From: Geotalea uraniireducens Rf4
Lineage (GTDB): Bacteria; Desulfobacterota; Desulfuromonadia; Geobacterales; Geobacteraceae
NCBI RefSeq assembly: GCF_000016745.1
Contig: NC_009483.1
Span: forward strand, 2,850,001-2,882,000
Reading direction: 5' to 3'
Length of the DNA: 32,000 nucleotides
The notes below the pieces were generated by a model. It saw only the letters and a list, made by a program, of their open reading frames with translations. It did no database searches and was not told where the DNA came from. A program made the position numbers and the translations under genes. This document shows positions 1-7,577 of the stretch, piece after piece; position 1 is the first letter of the stretch, and each line of letters begins with the position of its first letter.

Positions 1-6
1 TCTAAC

Positions 7-1848
7 ATGGGAATGGTAATTATGCAGATACCTTACGTAAAAAATACGGTCAGCCCATGGTTCTTTGCGGTGCTTATTTTTGCATGTTTTACCGCTGCAG
101 TTCCGCTCTATGCCGGTACCAATCAGTGGACGGGGATCGGCCCGGCTGGCGCAGACGTTCGCGCCCTGGCTGTGGACCCATTAACCGCGGACACCATCTA
201 TGCGGCTACTTCTGCAGGAATCTTCAAGAGCGTTGACGCTGGCGGGAGTTGGAGTGCCGCCAATACGGGTCTCACGGCAAGCGATATGCGTGCATTCGCC
301 ATTGATCCGCTTACCCCGACGACGCTCTATGCGGGGAGTACCACCGGCGGGGTTTTCAAGAGTGTCGATGGCGGCGGGAACTGGAGCTCAGCCAATAGCG
401 GCCTTACAGCCAGCGATGTGCGCGCCCTGGCCGTTGATCCGCTGACTCCGGCAACAGTCTATGCTGGAACAGCCACCGGCGGGATATTTAAGAGTGTCAA
501 CGGTGGCGGAAGCTGGAGTGCTGTCAACAGCGGCCTCACGGCAAGCGATATCCGCGCCTTGGCCGTGGATGCGGTCACCTCGACAACGGTCTATGCTGGT
601 ACCGCTACCGGCGGGGTGTTCAGGAGTATTGACGGTGGTACGAGTTGGAGTGCCGCCAACAGCAGTCTCACGGCTGGAGATATGCGTTCTCTGGCTGTAG
701 ACCCGCTGACCCCGGCAACGATCTATGGGGGCACAGCCACCGGCGGCGTCTTTAAGAGCGTCAACAGCGGCGTGAGCTGGAGCGCCGTCAATACCGGCCT
801 TACCGATATGGTTGTTCAGACGCTCGTTATCGACCCGCTGACCCCGGCAACAGTCTATGCGGGCACCACAACCGGCGGCGTCTTTATGAGCAGCGATGGT
901 GGCGACAACTGGCGTACCGTGAACGCCGGCCTCACCAGTACCACGATCCAGTCTATTGCCATAGGCAAGGCTGCCCCGACCACAGTTTATGCGGGCACCT
1001 CCGCAGTCGGCGTCTTCAAAATAACCACTGCCCCTGAGATTGCCATCTCACCGGCATCATTTAATTTCGGTAGCGTCACGGTCGCCATTCCGTCGCCGGC
1101 CCAGGGATTCACCCTCACCAATACCGGCCTGGCGGACCTCACGGTAAGCTCCATCACCGCTTCCGGCGGTGACAGCGCCATGTTCGGCGTGGCTGCCGGC
1201 AGCTGCCCGAGTCTGACCCCGACCCTCAAGGCCGGGACGGGTTGTACCGTTAATGTCACCTTCACACCTGCACTTTCCGGTGCAAAGACTACGAATCTTG
1301 TTGTTGCCTCCAACGCGGTAACAGCTCCGAACCTCACTGTTCCATTAACGGGTACCGGGGTGATTCAGACCTATCCACTCACCCTGTCTGTGATAGGTAC
1401 TGGTACCGTCAACTATTCAACCGGAGGGAGCTGCAGTACTTACTGCAGCCAATCATTCGACAAAGGCACGTCGATAACCCTCTCGCCGGTGGTTGATGCA
1501 GGCTCTGCTTTTGCCGGCTGGAGCGGTTGCCCCATGACAATGGGGGATTCCTGCCTCATTATTCTGAATTCACCGCTCACCATGACAGCTACGTTCAACC
1601 TGCTGCCGCTCGACGTGCCCCCCTCTCCGTCCATCCAGGCCGCCTACAATGCCGTGTTGGCAGGCGGCGTCATCAGGGTTACGGCAGCGCCCTACAGTGA
1701 AATCCTTACCTGCGACCGTAATATTTCTGTTGCCCTGCAAGGTGGCTATGATACGCTTTTCACAACCGTTAGCGGCTACACTACCCTGAACGGCAGCCTG
1801 ATCGTCAGCAACGGGACGCTGACTGTTGACGGGCTGGTGATTATGTAG
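7..1848 (+). CDS. Secreted BNR/Asp-box repeat beta-propeller protein with C-terminal Ig-like (ASH/choice-of-anchor-D-like) and GWSG bacterial-repeat domains
   Basis: N-terminal hydrophobic signal-like segment (WFFAVLIFACFTAAVPLYA). About 6.6 tandem 44-aa units each carry an Asp-box-like S-x-D-G-G-x-S/N-W. Then comes ISPASFNFGSV...LTNTG (Ig-like) and a GWSGC-containing module. Long ORF; the antisense ORFs over it look spurious. Confidence 0.8.
   Translation: MGMVIMQIPYVKNTVSPWFFAVLIFACFTAAVPLYAGTNQWTGIGPAGADVRALAVDPLTADTIYAATSAGIFKSVDAGGSWSAANTGLTASDMRAFAIDPLTPTTLYAGSTTGGVFKSVDGGGNWSSANSGLTASDVRALAVDPLTPATVYAGTATGGIFKSVNGGGSWSAVNSGLTASDIRALAVDAVTSTTVYAGTATGGVFRSIDGGTSWSAANSSLTAGDMRSLAVDPLTPATIYGGTATGGVFKSVNSGVSWSAVNTGLTDMVVQTLVIDPLTPATVYAGTTTGGVFMSSDGGDNWRTVNAGLTSTTIQSIAIGKAAPTTVYAGTSAVGVFKITTAPEIAISPASFNFGSVTVAIPSPAQGFTLTNTGLADLTVSSITASGGDSAMFGVAAGSCPSLTPTLKAGTGCTVNVTFTPALSGAKTTNLVVASNAVTAPNLTVPLTGTGVIQTYPLTLSVIGTGTVNYSTGGSCSTYCSQSFDKGTSITLSPVVDAGSAFAGWSGCPMTMGDSCLIILNSPLTMTATFNLLPLDVPPSPSIQAAYNAVLAGGVIRVTAAPYSEILTCDRNISVALQGGYDTLFTTVSGYTTLNGSLIVSNGTLTVDGLVIM
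154..1032 (+). repeat. Tandem 132-nt (44-codon) coding repeats, about 6.6 copies (propeller blades)
   Basis: Repeated peptide D(V/M/I)RALAVDPLTPxTVYAGTxTGGVFKSVxGGxSWSAxNxGLTxS is read directly from the translation. The DNA-level repeat is visible (gccgttgatccgctgac..., accggcgg...). Confidence 0.85.
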
Positions 1849-1977
1849 CGAGCGATATCCCCTCCCGCCTTCCAGAGTTGTACGGCGGACAGGCGGCTGC
1901 GTCGGTCGGGTCAGCGCAGGCACAATGTTATCCGCGTGAACGTTTTTGATCCGTTTCACAGAACAATCCGGCAACAG

Positions 1978-2163
1978 CTACAATATTTCAGAAAGCAGCT
2001 TCCCGCCGACACCGATGTTATCCCGCTCCATCTCGTTGATGAGAACGATGAATTTCTCAGCAGGAATCTGCGTCACCTCGCTCGCCTTTGCCGTCAGCTC
2101 CCTTACGAGCCCTGCCTTTTTTTCTTTGTCCAGGTTACCAATATCGATGGTTATCACCGGCAT
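1978..2163 (-). CDS. 4-oxalocrotonate tautomerase family protein (about 61 aa; start moved to the internal Met-Pro)
   Basis: MPVITIDIG... has the characteristic Met-Pro1 N-terminus and the size of the 4-OT family. The 71-aa ORF in the track has 10 extra upstream codons. Confidence 0.7.
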   Translation of the reverse strand: MPVITIDIGNLDKEKKAGLVRELTAKASEVTQIPAEKFIVLINEMERDNIGVGGKLLSEIL

Positions 2164-2241
2164 ATTCCTTCTCCTTTCGTTTATCCAGCGCAAGGCTTGG
2201 TCTTTATTGCTCGGTCATCATATTTATTACTTCACCCACCG

Positions 2242-2934
2242 TCAATGGAATTGATGCCTCAAAACAATCTCCCCCTCCTGCCTTTCAACTTCCAGAGATT
2301 TGGTCTGAGAATCGTACCTGTAGGTGAGGTAGCAACTGATTCTGGGGTCGCTCAGTATCGAGGGCTTAAATGCTACCAAGTTTGTCCCGCTGTAGCGTGC
2401 AGATGGTGCAAGCAACCCCGGATGGCCTTCTTTCTGCAGCCGCTCTGCTATCTGTTGAGTGAATCCGTAGTCGTTGGACAAGAGGTCCGGAAAGCGCTTT
2501 TCCTTTCCTGCCAGGTCTATGAGAACAGCGCGAGCGCGGACCAGGTAAACCGCCCGTTCACGGACAATCAGTCCTGTATTCCCCTCTACTCGGGCTTCTT
2601 CTTTCATCATGTGGTAGGCCGTTTCGTAGAGGGTCGTCTCCATCTCCAGAGCTCCATACCAGACGCCGAAGGTCCCATTCCCGTAGCGAGAGATTAAATA
2701 GGGTTCTTTTTGGAAAGGATAATCAATCGCCGTCGTGTAGTGAAAACCACGGTTGATTAACCCTGACGGAATCCCTTCCTTCACCCGCATCTCGGCGTGG
2801 GCCGCCAAAGCGCTCAAGTGCGTATTTCCTTGTGTGAGATCATCAAAGAGATCAACGGATTCACGCAAAGAAACGATATTGCGATAAACATCGCTGTTCA
2901 AATCCCGGGTTCTTGCAAATAGAGAAGAACTCAC
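2242..2934 (-). CDS. RES-domain toxin (NAD+-targeting RES family of RES-Xre TA systems)
   Basis: R...E...S-type core (RYGNGTFGVWYGALEMETTLYETAYH...). Sits directly downstream of a DUF2384/Xre-type antitoxin with a 1-nt overlap. Apparent GTG start. Confidence 0.75.
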   Translation of the reverse strand: MSSSLFARTRDLNSDVYRNIVSLRESVDLFDDLTQGNTHLSALAAHAEMRVKEGIPSGLINRGFHYTTAIDYPFQKEPYLISRYGNGTFGVWYGALEMETTLYETAYHMMKEEARVEGNTGLIVRERAVYLVRARAVLIDLAGKEKRFPDLLSNDYGFTQQIAERLQKEGHPGLLAPSARYSGTNLVAFKPSILSDPRISCYLTYRYDSQTKSLEVERQEGEIVLRHQFH

Positions 2935-3347
2935 TACAAGCCCCGGTAATAGTCAAGGTAGCGTGATACCCTGGCAAGCCCGATGATCCCCTGCTCTTTC
3001 ATTACGGCCAATGGAGTGAGATTGTCGAAAGCCGTGTTTCGGCGATTTATCCAACTGTAGCGGATCTCGGGATTCTGAGGATAGAGCAAACGCAAGGCTT
3101 TGTGAATTGCCAGCAGCCACCCTACCCGGTCGAGCGAATCCCGCCCTTCGGGAAGAGCCTCACCCTTCGCGTATTTGGCAAGGAGACTACGGCTCTTTGG
3201 GCTCAGGCCAAGAAGCTCCAACTGGTCAGCAGTGGTCAAATTCCAAAGATCGAATAATTTGATGATCATTTTTGCCAATTCTCCACGGGCCTCTTGGCTC
3301 TGGAGATTGATATCTATCGCTTGAGGTTCTCTTTTTGTCTGTAACAT
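2934..3347 (-). CDS. Xre/MbcA/ParS-like antitoxin (DUF2384 toxin-binding domain)
   Basis: C-terminal FDNLTPLAVMKEQGIIGLARVSRYLDYY is typical of DUF2384 antitoxins. GGAGGG RBS lies about 9 nt upstream of the ATG. Gene order is antitoxin then RES toxin. Confidence 0.75.
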   Translation of the reverse strand: MLQTKREPQAIDINLQSQEARGELAKMIIKLFDLWNLTTADQLELLGLSPKSRSLLAKYAKGEALPEGRDSLDRVGWLLAIHKALRLLYPQNPEIRYSWINRRNTAFDNLTPLAVMKEQGIIGLARVSRYLDYYRGL

Positions 3348-3370
3348 TTGAGCGCCCTCCCTGAACCTTT

Positions 3371-3410
3371 TGGTATATTATTGCACATAATTTGTTTATT
3401 ATGCAACAAT
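3371..3410 (-). promoter_or_regulatory. Putative promoter/operator of the Xre-RES operon
   Basis: AT-rich stretch with an imperfect palindrome ttgcacataat(3381-3391)/attatgcaa(3398-3406) and a TAATAT -10-like hexamer on the minus strand about 25-30 nt upstream of the ATG. Confidence 0.35.
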
Positions 3411-3423
3411 TTAACAGAGGGCG

Positions 3424-3506
3424 ACCCAGCGGGCCATAGGATGAAAGCGAGGGGGGATTGTCGCGTGGAACCTCCGTGACTACAAAAAGCGGCGATAATC
3501 GCAGTT
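3424..3506. repeat. Direct repeat copy 1 (partner at 5035-5163)
   Basis: acccagc-gggccataggatga...aaagcgaggggggattgtcgcgtggaacctccgtgactacaaaaagcggcgataatcgcagtt. The 56-nt core 3451-3506 is identical to 5108-5163. Confidence 0.9.
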
Positions 3507-3541
3507 GAGAGCTTTTGCAAGTTTCTTGGCGTTCTCTTTAC

Positions 3542-3625
3542 CTATAGGGCGCTTCCTGCGAATTCCAAGCGGAAGTCCCAGTGGAGGTGGGTGTAGTGGT
3601 GTTCGTGGACGACGAAACGGAGCAT
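3542..3625 (-). pseudogene. Remnant: first 27 codons of a LigD 3'-phosphoesterase-like (DNA polymerase/ligase N-terminal domain) gene
   Basis: MLRFVVHEHHYTHLHWDFRLE matches the remembered N-terminal FVVQ-H-x-x-x-x-LHYDFRLE signature and is followed at once by a stop. A different frame just downstream reads like the C-terminus of an XRE HTH protein (ENAKKLAKALNCDYRRFL). Confidence 0.35.
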
Positions 3626-3698
3626 AATGAGTAAGAATGCGGAGCGCAAGGAATCTTCCCCACGGGCGCAGCAAAGGCAGGAGAAAATTCGGTCTTTT

Positions 3699-4082
3699 TC
3701 AGGAAAGTCTTTTCTCAACGAACTCGTGGAGTGACCTGACCAATTTGAAAAGCGTTTCACGGTCGAGCTCGACCTCGGCAGGCAGATCCTCGTAGCGAAA
3801 CAGGGTGCCGTAAGGAGTGAGTATATCGAGCTCGGCCAGGTCAGCAGGAAGCGGCTGTCCGAAATCTGCCAGAAGGTCCATGAGCAAGCGCAGGTTATGG
3901 GTTCTGGGATAGCCGATGCCAGCTTGGGAAAGCAAAGCCTTGAGAAGCTTTTCCGCAGCCTGCTGGCAATGAAACCCGAAAATTTCATCGCTTACATGAC
4001 TGGATGAGAGAATCTCGGCGAGGAGCGCCTCATCGTCGGCAGCCTTTTTAGCCAGGAGCATAGCCTGTTCATGCTGCCTCAT
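3699..4082 (-). CDS. HEPN-domain protein (toxin of a HEPN-MNT pair)
   Basis: 127 aa, helical, with a HEPN-like R-x4-H type region (YPRTHNL). Overlaps the upstream MNT gene by 14 nt, the classic MNT-then-HEPN order. Confidence 0.7.
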   Translation of the reverse strand: MRQHEQAMLLAKKAADDEALLAEILSSSHVSDEIFGFHCQQAAEKLLKALLSQAGIGYPRTHNLRLLMDLLADFGQPLPADLAELDILTPYGTLFRYEDLPAEVELDRETLFKLVRSLHEFVEKRLS

Positions 4083-4398
4083 AAACTACCTTCCCTTCTG
4101 TATTTGCCTGGTAATATACATTGCCCGGAGTTTCAGCCCAATAATCGAACATCTCCTGGCTGACCACCAGTAGATCGACGGGAATGCGAAGCGGACTCAA
4201 TGTCCGGTTAAGGCGCACCATCTCGGCAATGCGATCCTTCACCTCAGTTTCAATGACGAGAATATCGACATCACTGTCTTCGCGCGCTTCTTTCCGGGCA
4301 TGAGAGCCAAACAGGATGATTTTTTGCGGATGGGCAGTATCCTTGAGCAGTTCGGTTGCCCTGTCCAGAAGAGCTTGATTTATCATGTACAACTCCAT
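4069..4398 (-). CDS. Minimal nucleotidyltransferase (MNT) antitoxin
   Basis: LFGSHARKEAREDSDVDILV is the G-S-x(n)-D-x-D pol-beta nucleotidyltransferase signature. 109 aa. Confidence 0.8.
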   Translation of the reverse strand: MELYMINQALLDRATELLKDTAHPQKIILFGSHARKEAREDSDVDILVIETEVKDRIAEMVRLNRTLSPLRIPVDLLVVSQEMFDYWAETPGNVYYQANTEGKVVYEAA

Positions 4399-4670
4399 GC
4401 ATGATTAGTGATAGCAGGTTGGTTGCTGGCATTATACAGGATTAACAGGGGAAATCAACGGGTTAGGGTAAAAAGCGAGAGGGCGAAGTGAATATGATGA
4501 GTGAAGCATTGCACAAATCCATAAATGTCAGAATGTAGGGGTGTAGAACGTAGCTATTTCCCGTGCATACCCCTCCTCTCTGGCATTCAGAAAGGTAAGA
4601 ACGCGCTCGCAGTTGATGGAACCGACAATTTACTCAATCATGAACTCTGATCCTTTATACTTTAATGTAG

Positions 4671-4718
4671 GTCACATGACCTACTTAATAAGTCACATGA
4701 CCTACTTAATAAGTCAAT
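4671..4718. repeat. 21-bp tandem repeat, 2.3 copies (gtcacatgacctacttaataa)
   Basis: Two exact units at 4671-4691 and 4692-4712, plus a partial third. The first unit, with its preceding 'ag', contains the inverted half-sites aggtca-ca-tgacct. Confidence 0.9.
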
Positions 4719-5034
4719 AACTCTTGTAGCAGCGATTGTCAAGAACAGAAATTGAGCATACAAGTGAGGGATGAGGTGTTGTTGATGATCGCCGGGGTGA
4801 TGGTCGTGCCCGGCTGGGGGACCAGTTCCCAGAACGGTTCCCGATCGAAGCGGGAGAAGGGGAAGGCGATACTGCTGGTCTGCATTCATTCTTCGTTTCA
4901 ACTCATCCCTGACCCCGCGCCACTCTGCAACCTCCAAGGACTCGCTACCCGGTGGCTGGCCAACCTTCCGGGGCGGGATTCGCACCCGCTAGATTACGCG
5001 ACCTTGCCCGGCCGCACTGGAAGCCTGACCCCGC

Positions 5035-5163
5035 ACCCAGCTGGGCCATAGGATGATACTGCCCCGCTTCTTTTTTTGCCGAGGAAAGAGGCTGAATGAA
5101 AAGCAAGGGGGGGATTGTCGCGTGGAACCTCCGTGACTACAAAAAGCGGCGATAATCGCAGTT
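5035..5163. repeat. Direct repeat copy 2 (partner at 3424-3506), with about 45 nt of extra internal sequence
   Basis: Same ends as copy 1. The extra block (tactgccccgcttctttttttgccgaggaaagaggctgaatg...) lies between ggatga and aaagc. Confidence 0.9.
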
Positions 5164-5210
5164 TCCAACTCCCTCACCCTGTTCACCAGCAGTTTAACAC
5201 CTCAAATCAA

Positions 5211-6356
5211 CTATCTCAGCGAAGATATTCTACAAGCCACGGCATCCCAATCAATCTCCGTTGTCATATGACACCAGCTGAGGCGGACGCAGGCATTCGC
5301 TTCGTCATCGCTCATACCCATCGCCTTCAACACATGACTTGGTGTATAATTACTCGATGTGCACGCCGAGCCGTTGGAGATCGCAATCAAATCCTTCAGG
5401 GCAACTATCAGGGCTTCAGAATCAAGACCGGGAAAGGCCAGGTTAAGAACATGATCCATCGCCAAGGACTGCTCGCCAGTCAATTTCGGTTCAAGAGGTG
5501 ATAAGGCCTTCAACGCATTTTCCCGCATGCACCGGCAGGCTTCTCTCCGTTTTTCGTTATCACGCACAGCAATCTCGGCTGCCGTTCCAAGGGCAGCTAT
5601 CAGTGCTACCGGCAATGTTCCCGGCCGCAGGCCACGCTCCTGCCCCCCACCATAGACGAGTGGTTGCAGTAGTATGCGCTCATAGCCACGCCTCCGCATG
5701 ACTAAGGCGCCGATTCCCTTTGGTGCATAAATTTTATGTCCGCTGATACTGATGAGATCGATCCGTAGATTACGTAGTAGCTCTAAATCCTTACCAAAAC
5801 CCTGCGCCGCATCGGTGTGGAAGTAGGCAGGATGATTCTTTAGTATTTCGGCAATATCATCCAATGGCTGGCGGATACCGGTTTCATTATTCGTCTGCAT
5901 GACTGAAACCAGCAGTGTATCCGGCCGTAGAGCAGCTTTTATCGCTTCCAGTTCCACCACACCACCAGCGCCAACAGGCACTCGTGTTACTGCAAAACCA
6001 GCCCGTTCAAGGGCATCGCATGGCTCCAGCACGGCCTTGTGTTCAATGGCCGTGGTGATAACGTGTTTCTTCCCCTGCTCCTCTCCCGCAGCCCGTAAAC
6101 CGAGAATTGCAAGGTTGTTGCTCTCCGTCGCGCCGCTGGTAAAAATCACCTCGTCACGCTTGGCTGAAACTACAGCGGCTACCTGATCCCGCGCTTTCTG
6201 CACCGCCTGTTTAGCCCGTGCGCCGAATTCGTGGGTACGGCTCCCCTCATTGCCGAAGTCCTCTGTCAGGTAACGGAGCATTACCTCTCGAACCTCAGCA
6301 TCCAGGGGGGTGGTAGCATTGCAATCCAGATAGATAGTTCCCATAAAATTCCCCAT
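5211..6356 (-). CDS. dndA: Cysteine desulfurase, NifS/IscS-like (DndA)
   Basis: PLP-lysine motif SGHKIYAPKG and active-site Cys loop SNGSACTSS. Divergently adjacent to dndBCDE, the classic dndA arrangement. Confidence 0.85.
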   Translation of the reverse strand: MGNFMGTIYLDCNATTPLDAEVREVMLRYLTEDFGNEGSRTHEFGARAKQAVQKARDQVAAVVSAKRDEVIFTSGATESNNLAILGLRAAGEEQGKKHVITTAIEHKAVLEPCDALERAGFAVTRVPVGAGGVVELEAIKAALRPDTLLVSVMQTNNETGIRQPLDDIAEILKNHPAYFHTDAAQGFGKDLELLRNLRIDLISISGHKIYAPKGIGALVMRRRGYERILLQPLVYGGGQERGLRPGTLPVALIAALGTAAEIAVRDNEKRREACRCMRENALKALSPLEPKLTGEQSLAMDHVLNLAFPGLDSEALIVALKDLIAISNGSACTSSNYTPSHVLKAMGMSDDEANACVRLSWCHMTTEIDWDAVACRISSLR

Positions 6357-6379
6357 GTATGTTAATTTGTTATTTTATA

Positions 6380-6408
6380 TTGACATACAAATCTGATTTC
6401 AGTATAAA
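6380..6408 (+). promoter_or_regulatory. Sigma70-type promoter for dndBCDE
   Basis: TTGACA (6380-6385), 17-nt spacer, TATAAA (6403-6408), about 70 nt upstream of the dndB ATG in the dndA/dndB divergent spacer. Confidence 0.55.
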
Positions 6409-6476
6409 CTACCTGCATACTTTTAACAAACTTTTTTCTTACAACAGTCAAGCTTATCCCCCTATAAGGACGTATA

Positions 6477-7553
6477 ATGGATACGAACTCTACCCTTTCA
6501 TTCCCAGTTATTCGCGGACTACAGGCCCATCGCGAATATTACGTTGCCATGTGGACACTCCGGATGATGAGGCAAATTTCGATATTCAATGAAGATGAAC
6601 TCCCTCCGGAACTACGCGCCCAGCGAATCCTCAACAAGGCGCGCATACCGGAAATCGCCGAGTATATCATCGACAACCCGGATGATTATGTTTTTTCTGC
6701 CCTCACCGTTTCAATCGATTCCGACGTCCTGTTTGAGCCGCTCCCCGGCCAGGATAAACTCGGTCTGCTCCGCGTCCCAATGGATGCCCATTTCATCATC
6801 AACGATGGCCAGCACCGCCGGGCCGCTATTATCGAGGCACTGAAGCAACGACCCGAACTGGAACACGAAACAATCGCCGTAGTCTTTTTCCTAGACATAG
6901 GCCTGGAGCGCTGCCAGCAGATGTTTGCCGACCTCAATCGCTACGCCATCCGTCCGAGCCGCTCGCTGGGCCTGCTGTACGACCACCGCAACGACAAGGC
7001 CCGCTTGGCAAAAATGGTTATCATGAAATCGGAAATCTTCCGTGACCTGGTGGACATGGAGAAATCCTCTCTCGCCCCCCGCGCCCGAAAACTCTTCACA
7101 CTCTCCGCATTTTACAACGCCTGTGCCGATCTTGTTAACGGCTTAGCTACTGGCAATCTGATAGAAGACGCAGATCTTGCCCGCACATTTTGGGAGGAGA
7201 CAGCCAAGCATTTCCCTATGTGGGAGCAAGTGCGCGAGGGGAAACTTCCTGCCAGTGAGGTGAGGGAAGGATTTATCCACTCCCATGGAATTGCGCTCCA
7301 GGCCATCGGCAAGGCGGGAAATGCTCTTCTGCACAGCCATCCAAACGACTGGAAAAAACGACTGAAAGCCCTGGAAAAAATCGATTGGTCGCGCAACAAT
7401 GCCAAGATATGGGAAGGCAGAGCCATAATTGGCGGCAAAGTCTCCAAATCCACCACTAACGTCGTCCTGGCCACAAATGTCATAAAGAAAGCCTTATCGC
7501 TCTCTCTCAGCGAAGAAGAACAGCGAGTCGAAACAGCACACCTCAAAAAGTAA
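6477..7553 (+). CDS. dndB: DndB (DGQHR-domain protein, regulator of PT modification)
   Basis: Exact DGQHR motif (FIINDGQHRRAAI). 358 aa. First gene of the dndBCDE set. Confidence 0.9.
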   Translation: MDTNSTLSFPVIRGLQAHREYYVAMWTLRMMRQISIFNEDELPPELRAQRILNKARIPEIAEYIIDNPDDYVFSALTVSIDSDVLFEPLPGQDKLGLLRVPMDAHFIINDGQHRRAAIIEALKQRPELEHETIAVVFFLDIGLERCQQMFADLNRYAIRPSRSLGLLYDHRNDKARLAKMVIMKSEIFRDLVDMEKSSLAPRARKLFTLSAFYNACADLVNGLATGNLIEDADLARTFWEETAKHFPMWEQVREGKLPASEVREGFIHSHGIALQAIGKAGNALLHSHPNDWKKRLKALEKIDWSRNNAKIWEGRAIIGGKVSKSTTNVVLATNVIKKALSLSLSEEEQRVETAHLKK

Positions 7554-7577
7554 TTCAGAATAAACAGACAGGCACCC

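Noticed and set aside
1936-2697. 253-aa plus-strand ORF (and the nested 102/79-aa ORFs)
   Set aside because: It lies antisense to the tautomerase and RES genes, which have clear family motifs. I recognised no motifs in it, and its composition looks like a shadow frame.
4671-4718. CRISPR array
   Set aside because: The repeats are directly abutting with no spacers and only 2.3 units. The reiterated 20-mers at 12003-12060 and 13317-13397 are IS terminal and subterminal repeats, not CRISPR.
4965-5100. Possible cobalamin riboswitch (ccgcactgg, ggtgcgaatcc on the minus strand) or RNase P-like gaggaaag
   Set aside because: Only isolated short strings match. The other conserved blocks (the GGGAA region, the GCCAGGAGACC-type B12 box, RNase P CR-I/CR-V context) are not present around them.
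4662-5186. ORFs of 99-107 aa and 65 aa in the non-coding tract upstream of dndA
   Set aside because: They have no RBS or motifs. They run through the iteron array and the direct repeat, and the same AIIAAFCSHGGSTRQSP string is produced by repeat copy 1, so it is repeat-derived.
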